NCBI RefSeq assembly: GCF_036500295.1
Contig: NZ_DASYCH010000075.1
Span: 3,458-67,457, forward strand
DNA: 64,000 bases
DNA from: Puia sp.
GTDB taxonomy: Bacteria; Bacteroidota; Bacteroidia; Chitinophagales; Chitinophagaceae
Direction: 5' to 3'
This document shows, piece by piece, positions 35,320 through 46,067 of this stretch. Made by a program: the position numbers and the translations under genes. Position 1 is the stretch's first letter, and the number at the start of each line of letters is the position of its first letter. Under the pieces are notes generated by a model. The model was not told the origin of the DNA. It saw only the letters and a program-made list of their open reading frames with translations, and made no database searches.

Positions 35320-38091
35320 ATGCCCCACCGCCCGCTTCATATCTTCCTTCTTATTCTATTCCTCATCGCTGGAGTGGACACCAAGGCACAGGACCGGCCG
35401 CGGGTGACCGGCAACTTCGAAGGATATACCTTCCAACGCCTCGCCGCCCGCCTGGAAGGCATCACCGGCTATCGTTTCTACTACGATCCAAAGGACGTCG
35501 ACAGCATGTCCATCGAAATGTCGGTCAACAAAGCCACCCTCTCCCAGATCCTGGACCAGATCTTTCAGAATACCGATCTTCACTATACCATCGATCCCTC
35601 GGGACGCATCTTCATCACCAGACACGTCGTCCTGCTCACCACCCTGCCCATGCGGCTCGGCGGCGCCACCCGCCTGCCGGATTCATCGAAGAATATCCTC
35701 AGCGAAGAACAGCCGCAGCAGGAGCGCTCGGGGTTGAAAAAAGCACTCGTCGAAAACCAGTTGCTGGAGATCGGCAGCAGAACCGGCCGCTCAGGCGGAA
35801 AAGCCACCATCGCCGGCTACGTGCGGAATAGCAAAACAGGCGAGCCGATCGTCGGCGTCAACGTCTATGCCGATACGACGGCACTCGGAGTGGCGACGGA
35901 CCAATTCGGCTATTATTCGCTCACCATCCCCAAAGGCCGCCATATTATCCACATCAGCTATGCCGGACTGAAAGATACCCGGCGCCACATCGATCTCCAC
36001 TCGGACGGAAAACTGGACGTCGATATGGTGGATGCCATCACCACCCTGACAACGGTCATCGTCTCAGCCGAAAAGACCTCCAACACCCAAAGCGTGCAAA
36101 TGGGCGTAAACCGGCTGAACATAAAACAGATAAAACAGGTGCCCGTCGTCTTTGGCGAAACCGATGTAATGAAGGTCGTTCTTACCCTCCCGGGTGTCAC
36201 CTCGGTAGGCGAAGCCAGCAACGGGATCAACGTCAGGGGCGGCTCCACGGACCAGAACCTGATCCTCTTCGATGACGCAACAGTCTATAACCCTTCCCAT
36301 CTCTTCGGGTTCTTCTCCGCCTTTAACCCCGATGTCGTAAAAGGGGTCGAACTCTATAAAAGCGCCATCCCACCCAAATATGGCGGCCGCCTGTCCTCCG
36401 TCCTGGATGTGACCATGCTGGACGGTAACAGCAAAAAATGGTCGGGCGTCGCGGGCATCGGTCCCCTGACCAGCAAATTTGCGATCGAAGGGCCCCTCCA
36501 AAAAGACAAAACATCCATCGTGGCGGCATTCCGCACCACCTATTCCGACTGGCTGCTGAATGCCGTCCCAAACAGCGCCTACAACAACAGCAAAGCCAAT
36601 TTCTATGATGGGAATATCCGTATCACCCATGTCATCGATCCAAAGAACAGCCTCTATCTGATGGGCTACCTCAGCTCCGATTGGTTCAATCTGAACAATG
36701 ACACCACCTATCGCTATAAGAACAGGAACGCCAACATAAAATGGAAACACATTTTCAACAATAAATCCTACGCTCTTTTTTCAGCCGGTCTCGATCGCTA
36801 TCAGTATGGAATCTCCGATCCCCACGATACGGTCAACGCGTTTAAGCTGGGATTCGACATCAACCAAACCTGGTTCCGCGCCGAGTTCAGCTACACGCCC
36901 AACAACCGGCACTCGATCAGTTATGGTGTCAACAGCATCTATTATACGCTGCACCCCGGTTACTACTCTCCGGTCGGCGCGGACTCCAGGGTCGTCAATA
37001 ACGTACTCGCCGCCGAGCAGGGACTGGAAAACGCCGTCTATCTGGGTGATCGCTACACCGTCAATTCAAAACTCTCCATCGATGCCGGCATCCGGTACTC
37101 CATATTCAGTTATCTCGGGCCACATGATGTCTACAATTACGTCCCCGGCCTTCCAAAACAGGTGACAACCATCACCGACACCACGGTCTATAATAAAGGA
37201 AAGATCATAAAAACCTATGGCGCACCCGAGATCCGGCTGTCCGCCCGCTACACGCTTTCCGATAACTCCTCCATCAAGGCCAGCGTCAATACCCTCCAGC
37301 AATACATCCACATGCTCTCCAACACCGTCGCCATCTCCCCGACGGATATCTGGAAGCTAAGCGACCCCAACATCAAACCCCAACAGGGCCAACAGGTCTC
37401 CATCGGCTATTACCGGAATCTCAAGTCGAATACCATCGAAGCATCCATCGAGGTCTACTATCGGCGGATAAAGAACTACCTGGATTATAAAAGCGGCGCC
37501 CAGTTGGTGCTGAATCCGCATATCGAAACCGATGTCCTGAGAACAAAAGGAAAAGCCTATGGGGTCGAGCTCCTGCTAAAGAAGCCCGCGGGCCGGCTGA
37601 ACGGCTGGCTCAGCTACACATGGTCAAGAACCTTTCTCAAACAGGACGATCCACTCGCGGGCGAACTTATAAACGACGGCAAGTATTACCCCGCAAGCTT
37701 CGACAAGCCGCATAACATCAATTTCGTCGGCAATTACCGCATCACTCACCGCTACAGCATCTCGACGAACATCGTCTACAACACCGGCCGGCCGATCACC
37801 CTCCCCCTGGCCGTATTCACCCTCGGCGGATCACCGGGACTCTATTATTCCCAGCGCAACCAATACCGGATACCCGACTATTTTCGCGCCGACCTGTCCG
37901 TCATCATCGACGGCAATCACCGGCTCCATCAGGCCACACATAATTTCTGGACCTTTGGCGTATACAACCTCACCGGACGAAAAAATCCCTACTCAGTATA
38001 CTTCGTCCAGGAGAACGGCCTGGTAAAGGGCTACCAGTTGTCCATATTCGGCACGCTCATACCCTTCGTCACCTATACCATAAAATTCTGA
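35320..38091 (+). CDS. TonB-dependent receptor with N-terminal STN-like and carboxypeptidase-regulatory-like domains
   Basis: LPGVTSVGE, RGGSTDQNL, PPKYGGRLSSVLDV plug motifs; C-terminal YTIKF. Confidence 0.9.
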   Translation: MPHRPLHIFLLILFLIAGVDTKAQDRPRVTGNFEGYTFQRLAARLEGITGYRFYYDPKDVDSMSIEMSVNKATLSQILDQIFQNTDLHYTIDPSGRIFITRHVVLLTTLPMRLGGATRLPDSSKNILSEEQPQQERSGLKKALVENQLLEIGSRTGRSGGKATIAGYVRNSKTGEPIVGVNVYADTTALGVATDQFGYYSLTIPKGRHIIHISYAGLKDTRRHIDLHSDGKLDVDMVDAITTLTTVIVSAEKTSNTQSVQMGVNRLNIKQIKQVPVVFGETDVMKVVLTLPGVTSVGEASNGINVRGGSTDQNLILFDDATVYNPSHLFGFFSAFNPDVVKGVELYKSAIPPKYGGRLSSVLDVTMLDGNSKKWSGVAGIGPLTSKFAIEGPLQKDKTSIVAAFRTTYSDWLLNAVPNSAYNNSKANFYDGNIRITHVIDPKNSLYLMGYLSSDWFNLNNDTTYRYKNRNANIKWKHIFNNKSYALFSAGLDRYQYGISDPHDTVNAFKLGFDINQTWFRAEFSYTPNNRHSISYGVNSIYYTLHPGYYSPVGADSRVVNNVLAAEQGLENAVYLGDRYTVNSKLSIDAGIRYSIFSYLGPHDVYNYVPGLPKQVTTITDTTVYNKGKIIKTYGAPEIRLSARYTLSDNSSIKASVNTLQQYIHMLSNTVAISPTDIWKLSDPNIKPQQGQQVSIGYYRNLKSNTIEASIEVYYRRIKNYLDYKSGAQLVLNPHIETDVLRTKGKAYGVELLLKKPAGRLNGWLSYTWSRTFLKQDDPLAGELINDGKYYPASFDKPHNINFVGNYRITHRYSISTNIVYNTGRPITLPLAVFTLGGSPGLYYSQRNQYRIPDYFRADLSVIIDGNHRLHQATHNFWTFGVYNLTGRKNPYSVYFVQENGLVKGYQLSIFGTLIPFVTYTIKF

Positions 38092-38093
38092 TC

Positions 38094-39245
38094 ATGAAGC
38101 TCCGGGTCCTGTATATTTCTCTATTGATGGTGACGCTGCTGGTGGTCGTCATCCGCTGCAAACAGGTCTATGCGCCGCCCGCGATCAAAGCCACAAACAA
38201 TTACCTGGTAGTCGACGGATTCATTAACACCGGCGCCAACGCCGTCTCCTCCATAAATCTCAACAGAACAAGAGGCCTCAACGACTCCACACCTTCGGGC
38301 ATCCCCGAGTTGCATGCCAAAATCTCCATCGTAGCATCCGGCGGCGCCGGCTATCCCCTCACCGATACCGCCGGCAACGGCACCTACACAAGCGCCCCGT
38401 TAAACCTCGACATCAACCAACGCTATTCCCTCGAGATCACGACCTCGGACGGCCGCAAATATGCTTCCGATGCAGTCTCCTGCAAACGAACCCCGCCGAT
38501 CGACAGCGTCTACTGGCGCCAGCCCGGTGACCTCACGATCTATGCGACTACCCATGATCCCGCCAACAATACCCGGTACTACCGCTTCGACTATCTCGAA
38601 ACCTGGGAACACGATGCCAACCTGCAAACACCCTGGATAGTCGTCAACGGCAGGATCACCGCCGCCGACTCCCTCACTCAGCGATCCCAGTGCTGGACCA
38701 CGGTCCCCTCCGGCAATGTCCTGCTGGCCAATTCCACCGCCCTCTCCACGGATGTCATCAACGGCTTTGCACTGACCACCATCCCCTACGGCGACACCCG
38801 GTTCAACATCAAATACACCATCCTCGTCCGGGATTACGCCTTGTCGGAAGACGCTTACAATTACTGGCTACTCGTTCAGAAAACCTCCGACAATCTCGGT
38901 ACGCTGTTCGACCTGCAGCCCACTCAGTTGCTCGGCAACATCCACTGCACCAGCAATCCCTCCGAAGCGGTCATCGGCTATCTCTCCGCCACTTCGGTAC
39001 AGGAGCAACGGATATTCATCTACCGGTATTATCTGAACAGCTGGCCCCACAACGATCTGACCTATGGCTGCGATTCGATAAGTATTCCCAAAAACCCAGC
39101 GGACGCCCTTATCTACACCTACCCGGATACCCTCTATGCGCCCTGGTATTTCATCACGAATGGTCCCCTGGTGCTCGCCTCCCGCATCTGCCTGGATTGC
39201 ACGCTCTTCGGCGGTTCCAATAAAAGACCCTCTTTCTGGCAATAA
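38094..39245 (+). CDS. DUF4249 family lipoprotein, copy 1
   Basis: YLVVDGFI, PPIDSVYW, GNIHC...VIGYLSA, C-terminal CLDCTLFGGSNKRPSFW. Confidence 0.85.
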   Translation: MKLRVLYISLLMVTLLVVVIRCKQVYAPPAIKATNNYLVVDGFINTGANAVSSINLNRTRGLNDSTPSGIPELHAKISIVASGGAGYPLTDTAGNGTYTSAPLNLDINQRYSLEITTSDGRKYASDAVSCKRTPPIDSVYWRQPGDLTIYATTHDPANNTRYYRFDYLETWEHDANLQTPWIVVNGRITAADSLTQRSQCWTTVPSGNVLLANSTALSTDVINGFALTTIPYGDTRFNIKYTILVRDYALSEDAYNYWLLVQKTSDNLGTLFDLQPTQLLGNIHCTSNPSEAVIGYLSATSVQEQRIFIYRYYLNSWPHNDLTYGCDSISIPKNPADALIYTYPDTLYAPWYFITNGPLVLASRICLDCTLFGGSNKRPSFWQ

Positions 39246-40399
39246 TGGGGATCCAAAAAAGACATATCATCCCTTTCCTGTTGCTGCTCCTCGCCGGCGG
39301 GATCCGCTGCAGACAAACCTACGCCCCGCCCGCCATCCAGGCCGTCAACAGCTATCTGGTGGTGGATGGGTTTATCAACACCGGGACAAATAGCATCACC
39401 ACCTTTAAGATCAACCGGACCAGAAATCTCGGTGACTCGACCGTCACCGGCATCCCGGAATTGCACGCCCGGATCTCCATCGTAAGCGACAATGGCGCCA
39501 CCTGGTCCCTCACCGACACCGCCGGCAACGGCACCTATACCAGCGCTGCCCTCACGCTCGACATCAATCATCGTTATAGCATCGCGATCACGACCTCCGA
39601 CGGCCGAAAATATGCTTCCGACCCGGTCCCCTGTAAGCAGTCCCCCCCGCTCGACAGCGTCTACTGGCGCCAGCCCAATGATTTCTTCGTCTATGTTTCC
39701 TCTCATGACCCCACCGGCAACACCCGCTACTACCGGTACGACTATACCGAAACCTGGGCGCACGATGCCACCTTTTCAACGCCCTGGGGCGTGGCCAACG
39801 GCAAGATCATCGCATTGGACACGACAGATCAAACGACGTTTTGCTGGACGACCGTCAACTCTTCCAACGTCCAGCTGGTCAATAATGCCGCACTTTCGCA
39901 GGACATCGTCTCCGGATATAACGTCAGGACCATCCCAAACGGCGATTCCAAAATAACCAAACGCTATAGTATCCTCGTCCGCCAATACGCCCTGACGGAA
40001 GAAGCATACAATTATTGGCTGCTCATTCAAAAGACCTCCGACAACCTGGGAACTCTTTTCGACGTCCAGCCCACCCAACTCGTGAGCAACATCCACTGCA
40101 TCACCAACTCTTCCGAACCCGTCATCGGCTTCCTCAGCGCCACCTCGGTACAACAACAAAGGATCTTCGTCTATCAGACCTGGCTCAACAACTGGCAGCA
40201 CCAAAGTCTCGTTTATCAGTGTGATACCCTCGAATTAGGCTATGATCCGTCCACGTTCCCGGCTTTCAATCCACCAAAGCAGGATTCCGGCTACGCTCCC
40301 TATTATTTTCATGGCTTTACGGTCCTGATACTGGCTCCACAATTTTGTCTGGACTGCAGATTGTTCGGCGGCACAAACCAAAAACCTTCATTCTGGTAA
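39245..40399 (+). CDS. DUF4249 family lipoprotein, copy 2
   Basis: Close paralog of 38094-39245; TAATG stop/start overlap. Confidence 0.85.
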   Translation: MGIQKRHIIPFLLLLLAGGIRCRQTYAPPAIQAVNSYLVVDGFINTGTNSITTFKINRTRNLGDSTVTGIPELHARISIVSDNGATWSLTDTAGNGTYTSAALTLDINHRYSIAITTSDGRKYASDPVPCKQSPPLDSVYWRQPNDFFVYVSSHDPTGNTRYYRYDYTETWAHDATFSTPWGVANGKIIALDTTDQTTFCWTTVNSSNVQLVNNAALSQDIVSGYNVRTIPNGDSKITKRYSILVRQYALTEEAYNYWLLIQKTSDNLGTLFDVQPTQLVSNIHCITNSSEPVIGFLSATSVQQQRIFVYQTWLNNWQHQSLVYQCDTLELGYDPSTFPAFNPPKQDSGYAPYYFHGFTVLILAPQFCLDCRLFGGTNQKPSFW

Positions 40400-40400
40400 T

Positions 40401-42767
40401 ATGCGGATCATCACTACGACCCTCTTGCTTTTCATTTGCGGCGCCGCCTGGGCGCAGGCCGAAAAAGATAGCCTGCAAAGCGCGTTCGTCCGGTACCAGT
40501 CGCATACCCCCCGGGAGAAGCTGTTCGTACACATGGATAAGACGGTTTACCTCGCCGGGGAAACCATTTGGTTCAAGCTGTATTCGCTCGACGCGGTCGC
40601 CGATACTCCCCTTACCCTCTCAAACGGGGTCTACGTGGAAGTCCTGGATAAAGATCAGAAAGCCGTGTTGCAGGAAAAACTGGCGCTCGACAACGCCAGA
40701 GGCGACGGCTATTTCAGGATACCCGCCTCCATTCCCTCCGGCCATTATGTCTTCCGCGCCTATACCAACTGGATGAAGAACTTTAGCCCCGACGGGTATT
40801 ACCAGCAACAGCTGACGATCCTCAACACCCTTAGCGAATCGGCAGGCCCCGACTCCTCCCGCCATGGGGAGGATAATATCCGCTTCTTCCCCGAAGGCGG
40901 TAACCTCGTGAACGGCATCTCCTCCGTCATCGCCTTCAAAGCAGTCAACGCCGCCGGCCGGGGTATCACCTGTCACGGCGTGATCGTCACCCAGCAGCAG
41001 GACACGGTCGCCCGTTTTCAGTCAAACCAACTGGGGATGGGAAACTTCTCGCTGACACCCGCAAAAGGGAACAGCTACTATGCACGCGTGGAAACCCCTT
41101 CTTCCGTCCAGACGGAAAAACTCCCCACGGCATTCGACCAGGGCTATGTAATGCACCTCGATCGGCCCGAAGGAAAAGATCTTCGCATCCTCGTAACCGC
41201 AACATCCGCCACCACCGCTCCGGTGGTGTATCTTTTTGTGCATACCCGCGGCCAGGCAAAGATGGTCCGGACCGGCTACCTCAATAACAACCAGGTCAGC
41301 TTCTCCGTCAACCCGGACAGCCTCGACGAAGGGATATCCCATTTCACCGTCCTCAATAGCAACCGGCAACCGGTCTGCGAACGGCTTTGGTGCAAACCAC
41401 CCCGCCGGCAATTACACATCGGGGTAAATATGACCGCGGCGGCAAACCCACGCGAAAAGATAATGGTCCGCCTCTCCACGACGCGGCCCGACAACCGCCC
41501 CGCCAGGGCCAACCTGTCCGTGTCCGTATTCCTCCTTGATTCCCTGCAATCTATCCCGGAGGAGAACATCGTCAACTATCTGCTGCTGACCTCCGATCTC
41601 CGCGGAAGGATAGAATCCCCGGCTTCCTATTTCGAAAACACAGACCCGGCAACAAGTGCCATCCTCGACAACCTGATGCTCACACAGGGATGGACTCGCT
41701 TCCGCTGGGAGGATATCCTCCGGGATAAACTGTCAAACCTGGACTTCCGGCCGGAAAAGGATGGCCTGCAGATCAGCGGAAGGATTATAGACAGAAGGAC
41801 AAACCTGCCTCCCCCGCCGACGATCGGCTATCTTTCGGTACCGGGTAGACGCTTTAGCCTGGCAACGACCCTCAGTCGCAGCGATGGCAGCCTGCTGTTT
41901 CACGTCAACCCCTTCTACGGGAGCAGGGAGATCATCGTGCAGGCCGATAACCGCGCGGACAGCAATCTCCATATCGAGATCTCGAACCCTTTCTCCGACC
42001 GGTTCGCCTGGCAACCGGAAACGGATTCCCTGATCCCCGCCGGAGCCCGGAACCAACTCCTGTATCGCAGCATAAATGTACAGGCGGAAAATGCCTATCG
42101 CACCGCGGAGAAACATCGGCTGTCGCCCCTCTCGCCGGGAGACACGACAGGGTTTTATGGCTATCCCGATCTCCGGTATAACCTCGACGACTATACCCGG
42201 TTTGTAACGATGGATGAAGTGGTCCGCGAATATATTCAGGATGTACGCGTTCGCAGGAATTCCGGCAGCGCTTATTTCCGCGTGCGAAACGCCCTGTTCA
42301 ACAATTTCTTTGACGACGATCCCCTGCTGCTCGTCGACGGCGTTCCTGTATTCGACGGAGCGAAGATGATGTCCATCGATCCGCTCAGGATCGATAAGAT
42401 CGACGTCGTCTCCCACCGGTATCAATACGGTCCCTCATTTACCGATGGTATCGTCAGTTTCCTTTCTTACCAGGGAGACCTCGGTGGGTATACCCTGGAT
42501 CCCTCCGCCGTAGCGGTCCAGTATAATGGGTTCCAGCAACACCAGGAATTCTATTCTCCCATCTACCAGCCGGGCGACCAAAGCCCCCTGCCCGATCTCC
42601 GCAACCAGCTGCTCTGGTCGCCCGAGGTCGATACCGACGCCGCCGGCGAAAAACAGCTCTCACTGTACACCTCCGATTGGAAAGGGAAATATGTTCTGGT
42701 AGTTCAGGGGATCACGGCCGATGGCCTCCCCGGCTATGCGGTCAGCACGTTCACCGTCGGAAAATAG
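40401..42767 (+). CDS. Exported MG2/macroglobulin-like plus TonB plug-like domain protein
   Basis: EKLFVHMDKTVYLAGETIWFK N-terminus, plug-like PLLLVDGVPV, C-terminal DLRNQLLWSP...VVQGITADG; no beta-barrel evident. Confidence 0.75.
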   Translation: MRIITTTLLLFICGAAWAQAEKDSLQSAFVRYQSHTPREKLFVHMDKTVYLAGETIWFKLYSLDAVADTPLTLSNGVYVEVLDKDQKAVLQEKLALDNARGDGYFRIPASIPSGHYVFRAYTNWMKNFSPDGYYQQQLTILNTLSESAGPDSSRHGEDNIRFFPEGGNLVNGISSVIAFKAVNAAGRGITCHGVIVTQQQDTVARFQSNQLGMGNFSLTPAKGNSYYARVETPSSVQTEKLPTAFDQGYVMHLDRPEGKDLRILVTATSATTAPVVYLFVHTRGQAKMVRTGYLNNNQVSFSVNPDSLDEGISHFTVLNSNRQPVCERLWCKPPRRQLHIGVNMTAAANPREKIMVRLSTTRPDNRPARANLSVSVFLLDSLQSIPEENIVNYLLLTSDLRGRIESPASYFENTDPATSAILDNLMLTQGWTRFRWEDILRDKLSNLDFRPEKDGLQISGRIIDRRTNLPPPPTIGYLSVPGRRFSLATTLSRSDGSLLFHVNPFYGSREIIVQADNRADSNLHIEISNPFSDRFAWQPETDSLIPAGARNQLLYRSINVQAENAYRTAEKHRLSPLSPGDTTGFYGYPDLRYNLDDYTRFVTMDEVVREYIQDVRVRRNSGSAYFRVRNALFNNFFDDDPLLLVDGVPVFDGAKMMSIDPLRIDKIDVVSHRYQYGPSFTDGIVSFLSYQGDLGGYTLDPSAVAVQYNGFQQHQEFYSPIYQPGDQSPLPDLRNQLLWSPEVDTDAAGEKQLSLYTSDWKGKYVLVVQGITADGLPGYAVSTFTVGK

Positions 42768-42843
42768 AACCGCCTACCCTCCACTGTCCTCGCCCCGTCG
42801 GCCCTCCCTGCCCGCGTCGCCGCCGGCCCCGGATGTGCCGCAG

Positions 42844-44538
42844 TCAATACGCCGATCCTTCCGGCATCTCCTCCGCCTTGGCGAACGCCGCGTTTGCCTT
42901 CGCCCGGTACTCCGCCGCGCCGTTCTTATGCTGCGCCTCCAGGCATTGCGCCAGCCCCAGCATCGACCACCCGTTCCCCGGGTTATGGACCAGGTCATCC
43001 CGGTATAGCTTCTCCGCCTCCACCGGATTTTTCTGCCTGAGCAGGCAAGCCCCCGCAAAATGCCGCGCCGGCAAAACCCAATCTTTCGGCTCCCCATAGG
43101 TCATCGCATCTTCGAGCCGGATCGCCTGTTCAAAAGCGGTATTCGCCTCGCGGTTGTTTCCCCGTGCAAATAGGATCTCGCCTTCAAGGAGGGCCGCTGC
43201 AACGGAAGCACCCGCGATCGGCGCATTGTGTGGCCGGATCCTCTCGGTCAGCACCGGGTCCTTCATCTTCAGCCGCAGCCCATCCAGACAAGCCGTCGCC
43301 GCCGGGACATCCCCCTTGCGGACAAACGCCATCCCCCGCGCAAATTCGTTGAGTATCCAGGCATACGTCCACGCGCTGTCCGGCTCGGCCCGGTCCAGAA
43401 TTGACTGCCATTTCCTCATCCGGATATCGACAAAAACCGGCATCGTATACAGGTATTGCAGGTAGGTTTCTTCATGCCGCATCCTAGGCTCCGCTATCCG
43501 CCGGCATTCCTCCGCCTCCCGCATGGCCACGTCATACATCCCGCCGGTAAGGGCGCAGAAGGATTCCACCGCATGATAATGGATAATGGAAGACCCAAGA
43601 TGCAGGTTCGGCGCCAGCCGGACGAATTCCCTTTGCGCCTCACTCGCCGAATCATTAATGGCCACCCCACGCACATAAAGACCCGTCCGCTGAAAAGAAT
43701 GACTGGCCATATGCACCATATGCGGGACACCCGGCATCAGCAAAGGCAGCTTCTCTGCGCTGGCCAGCGTCGCCTCCGGATGCCGCGAGGCTTCCAGCAA
43801 ATGGATCTGATAGTGTAAAGCCGCCGGATGGTTGGCATCGGCCGCAAGGATCTCCGCGCAATACCGCACCAGCTCGGGCGTCCAGGGCTTTGGCTCGCCT
43901 GCCGGATCAAACATATCCCAGGCATGTTCGGTCATCACCCCATCGATATACAATGCCTTGATATCCCGGTCGCCGGGATATTTCGCGATCATCCGTTTCA
44001 TGGCTTCCGAATAGGCGCTGTTCAGGTCGGCGCGGTGGCTGTCTGAGACATCATCGGAATACCGCCGGTCCATGACGGCCGCCAGGTCCTTCTCCTTTTG
44101 CGGTGCATTACCCGCCAATCGGTTCATCTTCTTCAACACCGGCAACACCCACGAAGGCATCTTATAAGTAAAGGTGCTGTTATAATAAGGTCCCATGGCC
44201 AGGGCCTGCCCCCAGTAGGTCATCAGGCTGCTGCTGTCTCTCAACGAGGCTTCCCGGAAGGAAGCAAGGGACTCCGTCAGGTGATAGCCGTAGTAAAGGC
44301 TTAGCCCCTGATCAAAATAATATTGCGCACTGTCATTGGTAGTGGAAATGGGATAATGATAATGCCCCCATCCGGGAAAAATGGGCGAATCCCGGCCCGC
44401 TGCGTCCGGCGACGGGTCCGTCTCCGCGGCGGATGAACAATCGACGATCTCCCCCTTCCTTACATAGCCGGAAGGAACAGGTTGCCGCGTCCCCGTACTG
44501 AGGGATAAGAAAAGCAGCACGAACAATAGTCGAAACAT
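42844..44538 (-). CDS. Exported TPR-like protein with His cluster, unknown function
   Basis: Signal peptide, AQYYFDQGL helix, HPAALHYQIH and PHMVHMASH, C-terminal TPR-like helices. Confidence 0.8.
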   Translation of the reverse strand: MFRLLFVLLFLSLSTGTRQPVPSGYVRKGEIVDCSSAAETDPSPDAAGRDSPIFPGWGHYHYPISTTNDSAQYYFDQGLSLYYGYHLTESLASFREASLRDSSSLMTYWGQALAMGPYYNSTFTYKMPSWVLPVLKKMNRLAGNAPQKEKDLAAVMDRRYSDDVSDSHRADLNSAYSEAMKRMIAKYPGDRDIKALYIDGVMTEHAWDMFDPAGEPKPWTPELVRYCAEILAADANHPAALHYQIHLLEASRHPEATLASAEKLPLLMPGVPHMVHMASHSFQRTGLYVRGVAINDSASEAQREFVRLAPNLHLGSSIIHYHAVESFCALTGGMYDVAMREAEECRRIAEPRMRHEETYLQYLYTMPVFVDIRMRKWQSILDRAEPDSAWTYAWILNEFARGMAFVRKGDVPAATACLDGLRLKMKDPVLTERIRPHNAPIAGASVAAALLEGEILFARGNNREANTAFEQAIRLEDAMTYGEPKDWVLPARHFAGACLLRQKNPVEAEKLYRDDLVHNPGNGWSMLGLAQCLEAQHKNGAAEYRAKANAAFAKAEEMPEGSAY

Positions 44539-44544
44539 ATGTCG

Positions 44545-45309
44545 TTAGATAGGTTCCTTGATCCAGTGATGGGCCCCCTTCAGCATAAACTTCTTACTCT
44601 GTTCGATACCATCCATCACCTGTTCCAGGATACGTTCCACCGGCGCGTCGTAGTCAATAGGCAGCGGTTCTTTAAAAGTAACGGAGAGCGGGATGCCCTT
44701 TTTCTTGAACTTCAACCCCTTCTTGTCAAAGGCCCGCCAGAATCCGCCAATTACCACCGGCACGACGATCGGCCGGGTTTGCTTGATGATATGCGCCGTA
44801 CCCTTCCGGCCCGGAGCAAAGGCCTTGGTAGTACCCTGCGGAAAAGTGATCACCCAGTTGCTCTCCAGGGCCCGGAAGATCTTCCGCGTATCCGAAGGAT
44901 CGAGCCCCCTGCGCACTTCCTTGCTCTCCCTGTTCCAGGTGCGCTTCACCGTTAATGCCCCGCCCATCGTGAACAGCCGGCTCACCCAGGTGGCCCGCAT
45001 CGTTTCCTCCGCGGCGACATAATACACATTCGTAAAAGGATTCAAAAGATAATAAGGAATGCCCAACTTGTCCCTCTTCCCCCATTTCACGGCACAGAAT
45101 ATATGCAGAAAGGTGATCACATCCGCGAAATAGGTCTGATGATTGCTGACAAACAGTACGTTCCCCTTGGGCAACCGGCGAAGATGCTCCGTTCCGCTGA
45201 TGGTGAGGCGGTTCACAATCGTTAACCCGGGATAGGAGATTATCCCTACAACAGCATAAACCAGCTTCCGCACCAGCCGGAAATTCTTCAAGCGTTCTCT
45301 CAATGGCAT
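44545..45309 (-). CDS. 1-acyl-sn-glycerol-3-phosphate acyltransferase (PlsC family)
   Basis: NHQTYFAD (NHxxxxD), FPQGT; start at MPLRERL. Confidence 0.9.
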   Translation of the reverse strand: MPLRERLKNFRLVRKLVYAVVGIISYPGLTIVNRLTISGTEHLRRLPKGNVLFVSNHQTYFADVITFLHIFCAVKWGKRDKLGIPYYLLNPFTNVYYVAAEETMRATWVSRLFTMGGALTVKRTWNRESKEVRRGLDPSDTRKIFRALESNWVITFPQGTTKAFAPGRKGTAHIIKQTRPIVVPVVIGGFWRAFDKKGLKFKKKGIPLSVTFKEPLPIDYDAPVERILEQVMDGIEQSKKFMLKGAHHWIKEPI

Positions 45310-45393
45310 TGTAGAAAGTATGTAGGACTGATTACCGGTTCGAATGTACGGAAGAATCCGCAATTACCCTTAACAAAGACACCCCGCATGCTG

Positions 45394-45401
45394 TAACTTT
45401 G
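45394..45401 (+). promoter_or_regulatory. Sigma-A -7 element 6 nt before ATG (leaderless candidate)
   Basis: TAACTTTG-CACCCT-ATG. Confidence 0.55.
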
Positions 45402-45407
45402 CACCCT

Positions 45408-46067
45408 ATGGCGCTTAACACAGTTATCTTCGACATGGATGGCCTGCTCATCGATTCCGAACCCTGCTGGCAGGAAGCCGGGATGGAAACCTTACTGGAA
45501 TTCAAAGTTACCCTCTCGCAGGTGCAATACCACCACACCACCGGTCTTCGCACCCGCGAATGGCTGGATTATTGGTTCTCACAATTCGGCATCGGCAAAG
45601 AAGGAATACCCGCAGCCGAAGCCGCGCTCCACAGGAACGTTATCGGGAAGATAAAAGCCAATGCCGCGCCCATGCCGGGTGTCAAACCCATCATCGATTT
45701 CTTCAAAACCCGCGGCTTCCACATCGGTCTGGCCACCTCTTCCCCCCTCTCGCTCGTACAGGTGGTGGTCGACAAACTCGGGATCGGCAACTGCTTCGAA
45801 GCCATCGCCTCCGCCGAACACCTGCCCTATGGGAAACCCCATCCGCAGGTGTATATGGACTGCGCTGAAGCGCTTTCCGTCAACCCGCTCCACTGCCTCG
45901 CCTTCGAAGATTCCTTCAACGGCCTCATCGCCGCCAAAGCCGCCCGGATGAAATGCGTGGTGGTGCCCGTCAATGACCAGGCCCACCTGCCAAAATGGGG
46001 CGCCGCCGACCTCCAACTCGGCTCCCTCCTCGAATTCACCGAACAACATCTAAAACAGCTCCAATAA
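45408..46067 (+). CDS. HAD family sugar phosphatase (hexitol phosphatase-like)
   Basis: FDMDGLLIDSE, GKPHPQVY, FEDSFNG. Confidence 0.88.
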   Translation: MALNTVIFDMDGLLIDSEPCWQEAGMETLLEFKVTLSQVQYHHTTGLRTREWLDYWFSQFGIGKEGIPAAEAALHRNVIGKIKANAAPMPGVKPIIDFFKTRGFHIGLATSSPLSLVQVVVDKLGIGNCFEAIASAEHLPYGKPHPQVYMDCAEALSVNPLHCLAFEDSFNGLIAAKAARMKCVVVPVNDQAHLPKWGAADLQLGSLLEFTEQHLKQLQ

